Source: Octopus vulgaris (lineage: Eukaryota). Taken from it: a DNA stretch of 64,000 nucleotides. The notes below the pieces were generated by a model. The model had not been told where the DNA came from and did not search any database. It worked only from the letters and a program-made list of their open reading frames with translations. How positions within the stretch are numbered: the first letter of the stretch is position 1; every line of letters starts with the position of its first letter. The translations under genes and the position numbers were made by a program. This document shows, piece by piece, positions 1-14,697 of this stretch. The DNA is taken from the NCBI GenBank assembly GCA_951406725.2, contig OX597832.1, forward strand, positions 59,458,001-59,522,000, in the 5' to 3' direction.

Positions 1-199
1 AGGAAAAAGCCTTAATAATGAACGTGCAGTTACATATATATATATATATATAGTCCGATGGCATTTATAGTGTTAAACACTTTCGTTATGCAAATTAGCG
101 ACCCGTTCACATTTGTTACATTTGTTACATTCACTACATTTGTTGAGTATATAAAGTTTGGCTTCTTGTTTCTCTGGAGACTGTCAGAATGTTGTAGAC

Positions 200-242
200 G
201 CCTCCGATGAGAACCCAATATATTTCGAAAATCGATTCAGGT
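200..242 (+). ncRNA. Minimal type-I hammerhead ribozyme motif (U4C core variant)
   Basis: GCCT-CCGATGA-GAA(cccaatatat)TTC-GAAA-ATCGAT-TC-AGGT: stem I GCCT/AGGT, stem II GAA/TTC, palindromic stem III AATCGATT, UUC cleavage triplet. Confidence 0.65.
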
Positions 243-474
243 TGTTCTTCGTTTTTGCAGTCCGCGGAGAAATAGATAAAAAAGCCATGTTTATAATCAT
301 ACCATAAGTTATATATACATATTCATAAATATATATATATACATATAATTAATTAATAAGGGTGAGAGAATTAGATACTAATTTAATAGTATATTTATTC
401 CACACCAAGTGGCCTAGTGCTACGAGAAACCTGGATTATTATAATATTTTATAACATATTATAATATTTTCACA

Positions 475-891
475 AAATAAATATAAGAGAGTGTTCACTA
501 TATTGATCACTCTAGCACCAGTTAATCCAAGAGGTTTCAACCACTAAAAATACATGTTTCCCATGAAAGCCGGTACGACTGTTGGCTCACACGGACAGGG
601 CAAATAAAAGATAACAAAAATACAGATTATTTTGGGACAATTGTTTCGCTATTAATGAATTAAATGTAATAAATGTAATTAAATGTATTAAATGTAATTA
701 CATTTAATTCATTAATAGCGAAACAATTGTCCCAAAATAATCTGTATTTTTGTTATCTTTTATTTGCCCTGTCCGTGTGAGCCAACAGTCGTACCGGCTT
801 TCATGGGAAACATGTATTTTTAGTGGTTGAAACCTCTTGGATTAACTGGTGCTAGAGTGATCAATATAGTGAACATCTCTTATATTTATTT
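475..891. repeat. Near-perfect ~195 bp-arm inverted repeat, probably an inverted Penelope-like terminal repeat
   Basis: 475-670 is the reverse complement of ~696-891; spacer is made of AAATGTAAT-like units; the right arm contains GAAACAATTGTC (hammerhead 3' half). Confidence 0.9.
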
Positions 892-984
892 ATATATACA
901 TATACACATTCATATATGTATATATATATATGTATGTGTAAATACATATATACCTACATATATGTACTTGTGTATGTATATATG

Positions 985-1042
<58 letters not shown>

Positions 1043-1069
1043 CATATATATATATACATACATATATAC

Positions 1070-1577
<508 letters not shown>

Positions 1578-1578
1578 T

Positions 1579-1941
1579 GTGGAAGTACTCCATCGGTTAC
1601 GACGACGAGGGTTCCGGTTGATCCGATCAACGGAAGAGCCTGCTCGTGAAATTAACGTGTAAGTGGCTGAGCACTCCACAAACACGTGTACCCTTAACGT
1701 AGTTCTCGGGGATATTCAGCGTGACACAGAGAGTGACAAGGCCGGCCCTTTGAAATACAGGTACAACAGAAACAGGAAGTAAGAGTGAGAGAAAGTTGTG
1801 GTGAAAGAGTACAGCAGGGATCACCACCATCCCCTGCCGGAGCCTCGTGGAGCTTTATGTGTTTTCGCTCAATATACACTCACAAACCGCGATCCTAAGA
1901 CCGCGAGTCCGCTGCCCTAACCACTGGGCCATTACGCCTCC
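1579..1941 (-). mobile_element. tRNA-derived SINE (Arg-like head)
   Basis: Minus strand begins GGAGGCGTAATGGCCCAGTGGTTAGGGCAGCGGACTCGCGGTC (A box, TCG anticodon-like loop); homologous to 59812-59971 and in its core to 16365-16605. Confidence 0.85.
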
Positions 1942-2576
1942 ATACACACATATATATAATATACATATATAAATGCACATATATATACATACGTGTATAT
2001 GTATATCTTGGTATCTATGTTAGACCTATGTTAGGCCATTTTAGGTTCCTGTATTTCAGTACTTTTGCACACGAGAAACCGAAACTGTAAGTACAAGGCT
2101 TAAAGGCATCTACTACGAATGTCGATTTCTTCTACTAAACCTTTCAAAATGGTGTACTAGCATGGCTGCAGGCCAGCGACTGATGCAAGCGAAAGATTGA
2201 AAAAAATGACTGACCCTGCTCAAGGACACGTTGAGCTAGTTCACTGAAGAGGGCTCATAAGGTAGAACATTTACCGTACTTTCATGAACTAATAACATTG
2301 TGATTACCTCTCCTCTCTGCTCTTTTTCATAAGAATTTGCCATGAGTTTGATTAATCTTTCTTTTCGGCAGCTGTATAATTTAGATTAATTAAAATCATT
2401 ACTTAATTATGCTGGCAACGATATTACCATTTGCAACTTCAATCTTCACTAAATCGTAATTATATAGGAATGAAATATTTTTGATATTTAGGATGATTAT
2501 CGTCTTAAAGTGAAATAAACTAGCACGAGCTTAGCGAGTTCGTCTAAATTCATGCAAATTCGTTGTTACTTCTTGA

Positions 2577-2666
<90 letters not shown>

Positions 2667-2701
2667 TGTGTAGGTGTGTGTATGTATGTATATATATATG
2701 C

Positions 2702-2737
<36 letters not shown>

Positions 2738-2788
2738 AGATAGATAGATAGCTATAGATATAGATATCGATATACACAGATATACATA

Positions 2789-3237
2789 GCCGCAGGAGTG
2801 GCTGTGTGGTAAGTAACTTGCTTACCAACCGCATGGTTCCGGCCTCAGTCCCACTGCGTGGCACCTTGGCCAACTGCCTTCCACTATAGCCTCGGACCGA
2901 CCAAAGCCTTGTGAGTTGATTTGAAAGAAACCCGTCGATATATATATATATGTGTGTATGTGTGTGTGTGTGTGTATGTGTGTGTGTTTTTGCGCGCGCG
3001 TGTGTGTGTGTGAGTGTGTGCATATTCGTATGCATGTGTGTGTGTTTGTGTGTCTGTATTTGTTCCCCTTGACAACCGATGTTGGTGAGTTTACGTCCCC
3101 GTAAGTTATCAGTTCGGCAAAATTGACCGATAGAATAAGTACTAGGCTTTCAAAAATGTTCTGGGGTCGATTTGCTCGACTAAAGCCGTTGCTCCAGTAT
3201 AGCCGCAGTAAAATGACTGAAACCAACAAGAAAGAAT
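2789..3237 (+). mobile_element. SINE family A (tRNA-like head, internal TA/GT microsatellite)
   Basis: GCAGGAGTGGCTGTGTGGTAAG...GTCCCACTGCGTGGCACC head and GATAGAATAAGTACTAGGC...AAATGACTGAAAC tail shared with many copies in the window. Confidence 0.85.
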
Positions 3238-4713
3238 ATATGTATACATACATAGATACATACATCAGTTTCAATCGTTTTGTAAGTCTGGTAATTATTA
3301 TATCGGCCGCATTTACCGGACCGTTAGCTTACGGGAACGTAAACAAGCTAACGCCGGCCGGCAAGCAGTAGGGTTAATAAACACAGGCACACTTACCCGC
3401 ACGCACATACAGATATATATTTGTGCATGCGAAAGGATTCGCACAGTTTCCCTGATCAAATCCACTCACATGATATTGATCGACCCGACTCTATAGTAGG
3501 ACATGAGCTGGAAACCACGTGATTGTAAAGCAAAGCATGCCTCACGATAATTAGTGATTGAACGTTCATGCTTGCTGTATGCGCAAGTATAGTTATGTGC
3601 TTAAGAACATCACTCTGCTTGCACTTCGTCTCTGGTTCGATCCCGTGGAGTGAAATGCTGTGTAAGTGTCTTCCTAGAACAGTCACATTTCGGCTAATGG
3701 TAATGATTTGAATTGCTTGATGGCTTGATGGAAGTAGTACAATAACCCACGATCCACACACATAGTATTATAGTGGGTTGCTGAAACATGTGTAGGTCTA
3801 TGTAAAGCTATATATATAAACAGATTATTCTACTTTATAATAAACGTTATTATTATTATTGTTGATATTATATACTCCAGGAAACCTATATAGTTAAGGT
3901 AATATATTCAGGATTATCCAACGGAATATATCTCTAAATTCTTATCTTACGCGAATATTATTAGATCTATATATTAACTATAGAATAATCTATTTGGATT
4001 ACCTATTTGAGAGCAAACCGGTAAACTTTTGAAGCAAACCCATACTATTTGCAAAATTATACATCCATTCATGCATATATATATACGTGTGTGTGTGTAT
4101 TTGTGTGTGTGTCTATGTATGTGTGTGTGCTTGTATTTATGTCCGTATGTCAGTTTATATGTATTTGTCTCTATGCGTGTCTTGAAAAAACTTTCTTCAC
4201 CCAGCGATGTGGTGAAATGATTTTGATGTCGATATGGTAGACTATTACCCACTAAGGACGTATACAAACATTGCTGCTATGCAGTGACTGAAAGAAATAA
4301 AAGAATAAAAGAATAAACATGAGAGCTAGTTGCAGAGAATATTTTCAATGACTTAAAATAACCTAAGCCACAACAAATAACAGTCAACAGCGAAAATAAC
4401 ACATTGTTTGTTAGGGTAGTTTATCAAAAGATAAAGAATGTACAAAAAGGATAGAATTATGAGAGGAATAGATAAAAAAAAGTGTAGGGGAAGCATGCGG
4501 GGAGGACGGGAAATAAAAATACGAACTCACACAAGTATATAAGTATGTCTAATTATATATATTTATATACATACGCATACACACACAAACACAGCTCGCA
4601 TCACACAGCTCTGATAAGCATGTTGAATCACTCTGTGTTTACAAATAAATAAAGGTCTATGAGTTCAATGGTTGGCAAAAGATATATACATAGATAAATG
4701 CATATATGTGTGC

Positions 4714-4809
<96 letters not shown>

Positions 4810-5390
4810 ATTCATACAGATACATATACATACATACGTATATGTGTGTGTGTGTGTGTGAGTGTATATGTATGCATTTTGTCTGTATAAAATGTTGTTG
4901 CTTGTATATGTTATCGTGGTCGCATAAATTTTCTATAACAAGAGGTGGAGAGAGAAGGATAGTGAGAAAGATAGATACAGAGACGTAAGAGAGGGAGATA
5001 GACAGACAGACAGACAGACAGTCAGAGAAACGCGTGAGTTACGACGAGACAGGGTTGTGTATGTATATGGCACCAGAGATTAAAATGATGATGAGGATGA
5101 TGATGAGGTAGAAGAGGAGGAGGACGCGGGGACGAGGAAGAGTTCAAGGAGGAGGGGAGGACGAGTAGGACGTCGAGAAGGAGGTCGAAGAGGAGGAGGA
5201 GGAAGAAGGAGGATGATGCGATGAATGAATGAAGAAGAAGAAGAAGAAGAAAAAGGAAAAAGAAGAAGAAGAAGAAGGAAAAAGAAGAAGCAAAGAAGGA
5301 GGTGAAGAAGAAGAAGAAGAAGAAGAAGGAAAAGAAGAAGGAAAAAGAAAAATAGAAGAAAAGGAAGAAGAAGAAGAAGAAAAAGAAAAG

Positions 5391-5474
<84 letters not shown>

Positions 5475-6076
5475 GAAGAAAACGAAGAAGAAGAAAAAGA
5501 AGAAAACGAAGAAGAAGAAGAAAAAGAAGAAGGGTAACTGTGTAGGGGCGAACACGAAATAAGATTACCGATCGATCGATCGATTTATCGCTGGATGGTG
5601 AGGCGTTAATGTTGGGTGTGGTTGTTGTTGTTGTTGTTTAGAAAAAAGGCAGACCAACAAGCGGTGTAGGTTAATAGTGGAATCGATGCATGCTTCTTTA
5701 GAAATAACAACACATCACAGAAATTGGAATCGTGTAATTATCATTTATTGCTTTGATAGAAAACTATTTTTAGCCATTTTCCCTATCAGTTATGCAGAAA
5801 ACGCGATGAATCCGAACGTTCAAAGAAAGAATTCATCACACACCAACACTGCAGTGCAACAGGATGTCTCCTTCTACTTTAAGAAGTTTCCTTGTTTTTT
5901 TTCCTTGTTTCTGTTTTGTGTTTTTTTTTTTTTGGTTTGCTTGTTTAATGTGTGTTTGTGGGTGTTTGGTTCTTTGTTTTAATTTTCATTCCCCCTCTTT
6001 TTCTCCCCTCTATTTCTATATACGTGTGTATACACACATACACTCACATATGCATACATCGATACATACATAAATT

Positions 6077-6132
<56 letters not shown>

Positions 6133-6446
6133 ATATACAGATGTAGGTATATCATTATACGTATATAGATGCATAAATATATATATATATTTACACACAT
6201 ATATATGCATATATATATATATATATATATATACATACACACACATACATATATTTTTGTGTATATATACATTTACGTGTATATGTCCATATATTTGTGT
6301 GTGCATATATATATATATATATACATAAATATATACATATACATGTAAATACACACAAAACACACACATATATATATATACATGTGTATACACATACACA
6401 CACACGCACGCATTTATGTATATATATGAGTATATATATATATATG

Positions 6447-6527
<81 letters not shown>

Positions 6528-6964
6528 TATATTGTTATATAAGCAGCGAATGATGCATCTTACAACAATGCAATAATGTTGGACAACATACCAGCGATAA
6601 AGTAAGTAGTTATCGTTGTACTTATAGGAATGGCTAGACATTATATATGTGCACAGTAATGGACATTGGTGTCTCTTGATGGTGGTGGTGGAGGTGGCGG
6701 TGGAGGTGGTGGCCATGGTGTTGGTGGTGTTGAGGAAAGTGGTATTGACGGTGATGATGATGATAATGATGATGATGACGACGACGACTACGAAATTGAT
6801 GATGATTATGATGGTGATGATGATAATGATGATGGTGGTGATGATGGCGGTGATGATCGTGATGATGATGGCGATGGTAAAGTTAGGTCTGTAACTCTGT
6901 ATCTGAGTGGAATCGCCTGCAAATTTCGTACTACCAGAATGACTTACTATTACTGCTGCAGCTG

Positions 6965-7026
<62 letters not shown>

Positions 7027-7091
7027 GCTACCACTACTGCTACCAATACCACCACCACCTCCACAACCACCACCACCAACAACAACAACAA

Positions 7092-7162
<71 letters not shown>

Positions 7163-7349
7163 ATATTACAATTACTACTACTTCTACAACTACTACTACT
7201 ATCACTACTGCTTCTGCTGCTGCCACTACTATAACTGCTGCTGCTGTTACTACTACTACTACTACTACTACTACAATTACTACTACTTCTACAACTACTA
7301 CTACTATCACTACTGCTGCTGCCACTACTACTATAACTGCTGCTGCTGT

Positions 7350-7393
<44 letters not shown>

Positions 7394-7896
7394 TTACTAC
7401 TACTACTACTAATACTACAAATACTACTACTGTTACTGCTGTTGCTGATCTTCTACTGCCGCTGCTGCAGTCGTCAAAACTGTCTCATGCTCACGTTTTA
7501 CTGCACAGGTCCGACTTGTTGCCGGCAAGACGTGAACTACGTCGACCTCAACGTTGAAGACAATGAGCACCCGTTTTATGGACATTGCTGTAGTCAACTG
7601 TCAATCACAGAACATAACACAGAAAGATTCAGGGACCGCCTTCAGTCCGAAAACCATAATGTTATCTTCCTCTTTCTGTTGCTTTTTCTTCACACGAACA
7701 CCACACACTTTTTTCCTCACACCCCGGCTCACACATATATACATAAAGGCGTGAAACTATAATGATCTTTCAGACATTGACTGATGAAGGGTTCGCTATG
7801 AATCTTCTGTTATGTCTTTGCAAAAATTTTGTTGTGTTCTTGTGAAATTGTTGTGTTTTTGTTAAATTTTTAAAATATGCAAAAATAGGCGCACAT

Positions 7897-8228
7897 GTTT
7901 CAGTCCCACTGCATGGCACCTTGTGAGTGGATTTGTTAGAAGGAAACTGAAAGAAGCCCGTCGTACATATACATATATATGGGTGTGTGTATGTACGTGT
8001 GTGTGTGGTTATGTTTGTGTGTCTGTGTTTGTCCCTCCCCACCAACATCGCCTGACAAACAATGCTGGTGTGTTTACGTCACCGTAACTTGCAGTTCGGC
8101 AAAAGAGGACCGAGAGAATAAGAGCAAGGCTTACAAAGAATAAGTCCTGGGGTCGATTTTCTTGACAAAAGGCGGTGCTCCAGCATGACCGCATTGAAAA
8201 TGACTTCAAGTAAAAGAATATAAGAATA
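7897..8228 (+). mobile_element. SINE family A, partial copy
   Basis: Shares CAGTCCCACTGC, GTGGATTTG..GGAAACTGAAAGAAGCCCGTCG and GGCGGTGCTCCAGCATG blocks with 2789-3237 and 58490-58999. Confidence 0.85.
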
Positions 8229-8344
8229 TACATGTGCATAACATTTCTTGGGCATTCGTGTAGATAAATAGATTTCATACAAATCTGAACGTAAAGTATA
8301 AAAGAATGTTGTGAGAGGATGTTTTAGGGGCAAAATAAATATAT

Positions 8345-8512
8345 CTTTTCTACTCTAGGCACATGGCCCGAAATTCTGGGGAAGAGGGCCAGTCGATTTG
8401 ATCGATCCCAGTACGTAACTGGTACTTAATTTATCGACCCCCGAAAGGGTGAAAGGCAAAGTCGACTTCCGTGGAATTTGAACTCAGTACATAAAGACAC
8501 ATGAAATACGGC
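8345..8512 (-). mobile_element. SINE family B
   Basis: CTGGTACTTAATTTATCGACCCCCGAAAGGGTGAAAGGCAAAGTCGAC...GGAATTTGAACTCAG shared with more than ten copies. Confidence 0.85.
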
Positions 8513-9049
8513 TATGGTACATGCGTTTCGGCGATTTTAACTTACTTGTTCATGATGTATTACATGAGATTACAACACATGACATGACAGAATATGAATT
8601 ACAAGTCTAAATGATTACTTCATGCATATATATGTATATATATAACTTGGAATAACTTAGAAAGGTTTTTGCCAGTATTGGCCCAAGCCATGTCTAACTT
8701 AATAGCACCACCTGGCGATACATATTAATTAGAGTGACTATAATTTTAAATTGAATTGATTTTCGATTAAATTTAAATTTTATTGTAATTCGAATTTAAT
8801 TATAGCAATGAAACGTATGTAGTTTTTTTACTTATTATATAATGATTATTCATGTTTATACTTTTTGGTGATCTAGTTATTTGTTTTAAAAAATATATTT
8901 TATTTTTTATTTATGATATCGTTTATGTCTATCATTGTTTGAATTGCATATTGGTGTTTTTTCTCTAATTTATATATTATATAGTTATATTGTTAAATTT
9001 GATTTAATACTAAATTGAATTTTTCCCTGTAAGTTTGGAGTTATACTCC

Positions 9050-9110
<61 letters not shown>

Positions 9111-9115
<5 letters not shown>

Positions 9116-9312
9116 ATCCAACCAAGAAAGCACAAAAAAACACAACAACGCGAGGACGTGGAACAAATATAGTATTATTGGACGCTCAGGAAAGAAGGAA
9201 AGAAGGAGGGTTTAACGTTTCGAGCGAAGCTCTTCGTCGGAAACATAGGAGAAAGAAAGATCCAGAGAAGGGAAGACAGAGGAAAAAAATCGCCAACGGT
9301 ACACACGAGGTC
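9111..9312 (-). mobile_element. Short (TA)n-embedded element carrying a hammerhead motif (Penelope-like terminal repeat or retrozyme-like)
   Basis: TA-flanked on both sides; related to 35005-35165, 40030-40216, 40737-40931, 41510-41662. Confidence 0.7.
9210..9244 (-). ncRNA. Minimal type-I hammerhead ribozyme motif
   Basis: Minus strand GTTT-CCGACGA-A-GAGC(TTC)GCTC-GAAAC-GTT-AAAC: perfect stems I and II, palindromic ACGT stem III. Confidence 0.75.
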
Positions 9313-9331
9313 ATATATATATATATACAGA

Positions 9332-9365
<34 letters not shown>

Positions 9366-10292
9366 TAGTGACAGAGAGAGAGAGATACAGACAGACAGAT
9401 CACAAAACATTCAGTGTATACACGTCCAGTTTTATTCAGAGTTTCACGCAGTAATACCGGTGATGTGTGCAGTAATATTGTAAAGACTATGCTGGTGTCT
9501 TCTAGACATTTCCTGTGGCTATGTTTTTTTGTGATTCGTAGCACCTCATTTCTCCTGTATGATACCATAACTCTCTCAAAATTAACGGTTTAAACAAATG
9601 AACGAAGTTTTTAGCACATTGTCTATATGGGTGTAAGTATCTTTTCTGCGCTCCTAATATTCCGAGCTGGAATAATATCGTTGGTTTCCAAGTGTTTGTT
9701 TTTTAAAATTATTTTAATATTAACGAAATTACCTGAGGAAATTTCTTAGAGGGACATCAATTGAACACGTTTGGAGCATTCTTACGACAGCCGGAAATTA
9801 AATGAGGATGGTGAGCTTGAATACATATATTATTTTTTGTAGAAAGATATAAAGAGAAGCATTTTTCTCATAGTTTTACTATGATGCTTCGAAATATTTC
9901 CAACTAATACAAAAGGAAAGAAACTGATTATTAACTGAATGATAGGAAAATTGAAACACAGGGTACTGGAATGATGACCTTTTCACTTATAATGTATTGA
10001 AAATTCTCTACTATTGGGTATTGAGTTTTGGTCTATATCACTTCTCGGTGAATCGGAAGAAATTTATACGCTCTTGCACGTACACCTCTACCACACACAG
10101 CATATATATTCATACACACACAGACCCACGCGTATACATTATATGTGTCTGTATGTGAGTTTACGTATATATTAACATTGAAGATTGTATAAAGAATACC
10201 GAATTGGTTCTATAGTTAAGACATGAGGAATTATTTACATTATTTACATTATTCACATTTGAAGGATATTTGTCCTCATCTTGTTTGTTGTT

Positions 10293-10338
10293 AACACAAC
10301 GTTTCGGCTGATATACTCTCCAGCTTTCATCAGGTGTC
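10293..10338 (-). ncRNA. Minimal type-I hammerhead ribozyme motif, canonical CUGAUGA/GAAA core
   Basis: Minus strand GACAC-CTGATGA-A-AGCTG(GAGAGTATAT)CAGCC-GAAAC-GTT-GTGTT. Confidence 0.8.
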
Positions 10339-10390
10339 TTGGGGAAATTTCGAACCTGGGTTCTCATACCTAAGGTATTTTTCGATGTTA

Positions 10391-10534
<144 letters not shown>

Positions 10535-10586
10535 CAGCATTGAAAAATACCTTAGGAATGAGATCCCAGGTTCGAAATTTCCCCAA

Positions 10587-10630
10587 GCACCTGATGAAGG
10601 CTGGAGAATATATCAGCCAAAACGTTGTGT
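10587..10630 (+). ncRNA. Hammerhead ribozyme motif with G12A lesion
   Basis: GCAC-CTGATGA-A-GGCTG(GAGAATATAT)CAGCC-AAAAC-GTT-GTGT; inverted paralog of 10293-10338. Confidence 0.7.
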
Positions 10631-11008
10631 TAACAACAAGCAAGATGAGAACAAATATCCGTCAAATGTAAATAATGTAAATAAAGTAAATAATATACAT
10701 GATTAGGATTAGTAATGTTGGTGGTGCACCTCTTGAAGACATTGAAATAAAGCAACAACAAAATCTGAAAGAAATACAATGAAAATAAACAAGACAAACA
10801 GACAGTATAGAGTGTATTTTTAAAAGATTACTAACTCCTCCTCCCCACCACCACCACCACCACCACAAAGTGCTCTCTTTCAAATTTTACATGGCCGTGT
10901 GTATAACTCGGTGCGACCACGCATTAATCCAACCAAGTGACATGGGAAAGCAACATAGATTTTTCTAGGTGAAACGGAGAAGCTTGTTTTAGGATATAAA
11001 TCCACTGC

Positions 11009-11076
<68 letters not shown>

Positions 11077-11752
11077 GTGTGTGTTTGTGTGTGTCAAATC
11101 ACGTGGGAGGTGTCTCGACTATTTTATGACCTGTTTCGTGTGTATTTCTTCCAGTCTCAGGTTTATAGTCGTAACTGTGTTTATGTGGCGGGCTTCTACT
11201 TGTTTATAATTTTTGTATATGTTTATTTTTTGGTTTCGTTCTTCGTTGTTGTTGTTGTTGTTGTCGTTGTTGTTTTTTTCCCAGTTTTTGGCCTTAGTTC
11301 TCCATTATTTCTGTTTATTTATATTCACTTAAATATTTATATTTGTTTTTCTTTTCTTCATCTTTACTTAACATTATTTTCACTGTTTGATTTGATCGTT
11401 CATTCGTATTTTTCGTTAAATAGTTTTCGTTTTAGTTATAGATGTTGAAGCTGTTGTCGTTGTTGTTGTTGTTGTTCTTGTTGTTGCTGCTGCTGTTGTA
11501 TATATTATATGTACGTCTATTGTTGATGTCCCTAGTGACATGGGAAACTGTAAATCATGTCTGGTGTTGATATACAGCTTCTAATTTGTTTTACCACACC
11601 CACAAGATTCATGGTCTCTATTCCATACTACGTTATTTTATCTGTCTATATAACCAAATATCCATCACTACATATGTAGGTATATATCTATGTTATTCTT
11701 TCTGTCATTTATTTTCTTCTCCAATTTGTGTGCGGTGTTGCTGTTGTGTGTG

Positions 11753-11835
11753 CAAAACAATGTACATGATAACACTTCCAATCACAAGCCACGAGAGCCA
11801 CTGCCTGGTACTGCTCAGGGCACTTTTTATTATTA

Positions 11836-11878
<43 letters not shown>

Positions 11879-11879
11879 G

Positions 11880-11938
<59 letters not shown>

Positions 11939-11963
11939 GATTATTATTATTATTATTATTATG

Positions 11964-12002
<39 letters not shown>

Positions 12003-12216
12003 GAGTGAGAGAGCAGTGCATGCCATCAAGGTGACACTGGGTTAAAATATCCGAAGCTCAGTATACCCATCATGACTACCCGTCTGATAAGGGTACACCA
12101 GGCACATGCATCACAACCATATGTGCGCGACATGGTGATCTCATATCAAAATAACACTTGCAATCAGTTAAGATCAGAAGCCACGAGTGCCACTGCCTGA
12201 TACTGCTCAGGATATT
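11753..12216. mobile_element. Repeat family C: two adjacent pieces (11753-11824 and 12001-12216) separated by (ATT)n
   Basis: TTGAGTGAGAGAGCAGTGCATGCCATCAA start near-identical to 27142 and 52210; the other end (GCCACTGCCTG.TACTGCTCAGG) is seen twice. Confidence 0.85.
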
Positions 12217-12311
12217 TATCATTATTATTACTATTATTATTGTTCTTGTTGTTGTTGCTGCTGCTGCTGCTGCTGTTGTTGTTGTTGCTGCTGCTGCTGT
12301 TGTTGTTGTAA

Positions 12312-12359
<48 letters not shown>

Positions 12360-12360
<1 letters not shown>

Positions 12361-12822
12361 GAAAGACTCTCGGATAGTTCTTAATAACGGGTTATGCTTT
12401 ACTTGAAAGCAGGTAGCAACAAATCACCTAAGGTTTCAAGTAGTGCCTTCTCCTGTGACTCAAAGAGACATATACTCTCCTTAGAATGCGAGCTGAACCC
12501 AACAATGCTGTCTTCTGGATCATCTCAAGACTGACAGCAGCCCCAATATTCTTAACATGTTTTGCAAAGCCCTTGGAAACTGTTCCTTATGCTCCAGTTA
12601 CTTCCGGTATCACCATTATTTTCCTCATGCTCCATAACTTTCCTATCTCGTCCTGCAGTAGTTGTTATTTCTCATTTTTTCTGTTTCCTTACATTTCACA
12701 CCCGAATCGCCTGGTATTGTAACATCTATTATCTATACTTCTTTTTCCTCTTTATGGATGATCTCTGGTTGTCTCGCCTCTAGGACTTGTTCGCACTTCA
12801 TGTTAAAATCCCATAGTATTAC
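12360..12822 (-). pseudogene. Degenerate restriction-like endonuclease C-terminus and 3' UTR of an R4/Dong-type non-LTR retrotransposon
   Basis: Minus-strand translation with stops: ILWDFNM...RQPEII...IIDVTIPGD...EIGKLWSM...QKTALLGSARILRRV; homologous to the ORF at 61348-62463; 3' end abuts (ATT)n. Confidence 0.85.
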
Positions 12823-12829
12823 TGCTTAT

Positions 12830-13860
12830 ATCAACGCACAACCCCAGAAACAGTGAGGCATTCAACGCTACTGCGCAAACTCTTCTTTTACTAACTAGAG
12901 ATACTGAAAACACACAAACTCATCAAATGCAAAAAGCAAGACAAATCGCTAAAGAGACTACTAACAAATGCGAGGCTTTACAAAATAACCACGATACCAA
13001 CGGTTAAAAGATTTGGACGCCCAAACTGTGGAACCTGCCCCAACCTGCTTGAAGGCTCGGACTTCCTTTTCAAACAAGGACAGAGGTTCACAATTAAAAC
13101 TAGTTTCACTTGTGCCTCTGAGAACCTAATGTATGTAATAACCTGCTCGGGTTGCGGAGACAACTATATTGGACAAACGAGTATAACCTTGAGAAAGAGA
13201 ACCACTCTACATAAAGAGCAAATCCTTTTCCCGCAATACAGGCAAATTCCTCTCAGTGAACATATAGAAAAATGTGCAGATAACATCAAACCAAATTTCA
13301 CTGTCTTCCCCTTCTACCAGTGCAAAGAAACAATCTCTCCACTAGAACGTTTAAACAAAGAAATTTTTTCATTGAAAAATACAGAACACGTCTTAATATG
13401 CACGCATAACCAACTATTATGTTTTTACATATTTCAATTCACGATTACATCACTGTACATAAATTCCCTCACTAAGCAAGGTTTTCGAAACTTGTCTTTG
13501 TCTGTACACATATATATTTTCCTCCCATTACCGAAAACTGAACAGTTATCTCCCTTACCCACAACAATAATAATAATAACGATAACTAATTACCTCCCTT
13601 TATTTATCTACTTGTGAAGTCATTCACTCGTGAATTTCATCACAAACAACATGGACAAAATTTCTTCTTAAGAAAAAATACATATTTAAATAAGTAAAAC
13701 ATAACATCATGAATAGCCATACCGAAACCGGTCGATATATTAAAAATTATATTAAAACTATGTAAGTGTGCGTATTTTCCTTTTTTAATTTTTCATATAC
13801 ATTACAACTCACCACGTGGGGACAATCGAAATTCCTCTTTTCTGTTACTACTAATATATA
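12830..13860 (+). mobile_element. Penelope-like element 3' part: Cys-rich linker, GIY-YIG endonuclease and 3' region
   Basis: Frame reads KSLKRLLTNAR...GRPNCGTCPNL...FTCASENLMYVITCSGCGDNYIGQTSITLRKRTTLHK...LSEHIEKC...FPFYQ; degenerate hammerhead at 13706-13736; ends at (TA)n. Confidence 0.85.
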
Positions 13861-13877
13861 TATATATATATATACAT

Positions 13878-14413
13878 GTGTGTGTATGAAGGGTTTCTTT
13901 CAGTTTCGGTGTACCACATTCACTCACAAGGCTTTGCTCATCCCAGGGCTATAGTAGAAGGCACTTTCCTAGTGTGCCACGCAGTGGACCTGAACTCGGA
14001 ATCATATAGGTGTGAAAAAAGCTTCTTCCCACAGAAGGCTTCTCTCAGCTTCCCTCTACCAAATTCCTTCACATACGTTTGGTTGGCACGTCCCTGTTAT
14101 GGAAGACTCTTGCACAAGTTACCACGGAGTGGGGCTGAACCTAAAGCCATGTGCTTTCGAAGCAATGTTCTTATAACCCAGCCGCGCCTGCGCCTGTGGT
14201 CATATAGATAAATAAATACAATAAATTACTGTCGCTATGTGACAAGAAGATTGCTTCTCAATCACGTAGTTCAATCACTACATGGCACCCTGATCAAGTG
14301 TCTTCTACTATAGCCTCGGGTCGATCAAAGCCTTGCGATTGGATTTGGTAGATGGAACTTGAAAGAAGCCCACTGTATATTTATACATATATGCATACAT
14401 ACATACATATATG

Positions 14414-14477
<64 letters not shown>

Positions 14478-14697
14478 TGTATGGGTGTGTGTGTGTTTGT
14501 TCTCCACCTCCGCCGCTTGACAACCGGTGTTGGTATGTTTATCTCCCCGTATCTTAGCGTTTCGGCAAAATATACTGATAGAATAAAGACCACGCTTAAA
14601 AACAAGTATTGTGGTTGATACATTCCACTATAAATTTTTCAAGGAGTTGCCATAGCATGGCCGTAATCTAATTACTGAAACAAGTAAAAGATAGAAA
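13878..14697. mobile_element. Cluster of SINE family A copies (minus-strand heads 13878-14195; plus-strand copy 14228-14697)
   Basis: Shared family A blocks in both orientations. Confidence 0.75.

Noticed and set aside
6414-7325. 303 aa Val-rich ORF and overlapping Asp/Tyr-rich frames
   Set aside because: Composed of (GAT/GGT)n and (CTA)n tracts with no domain or splice evidence
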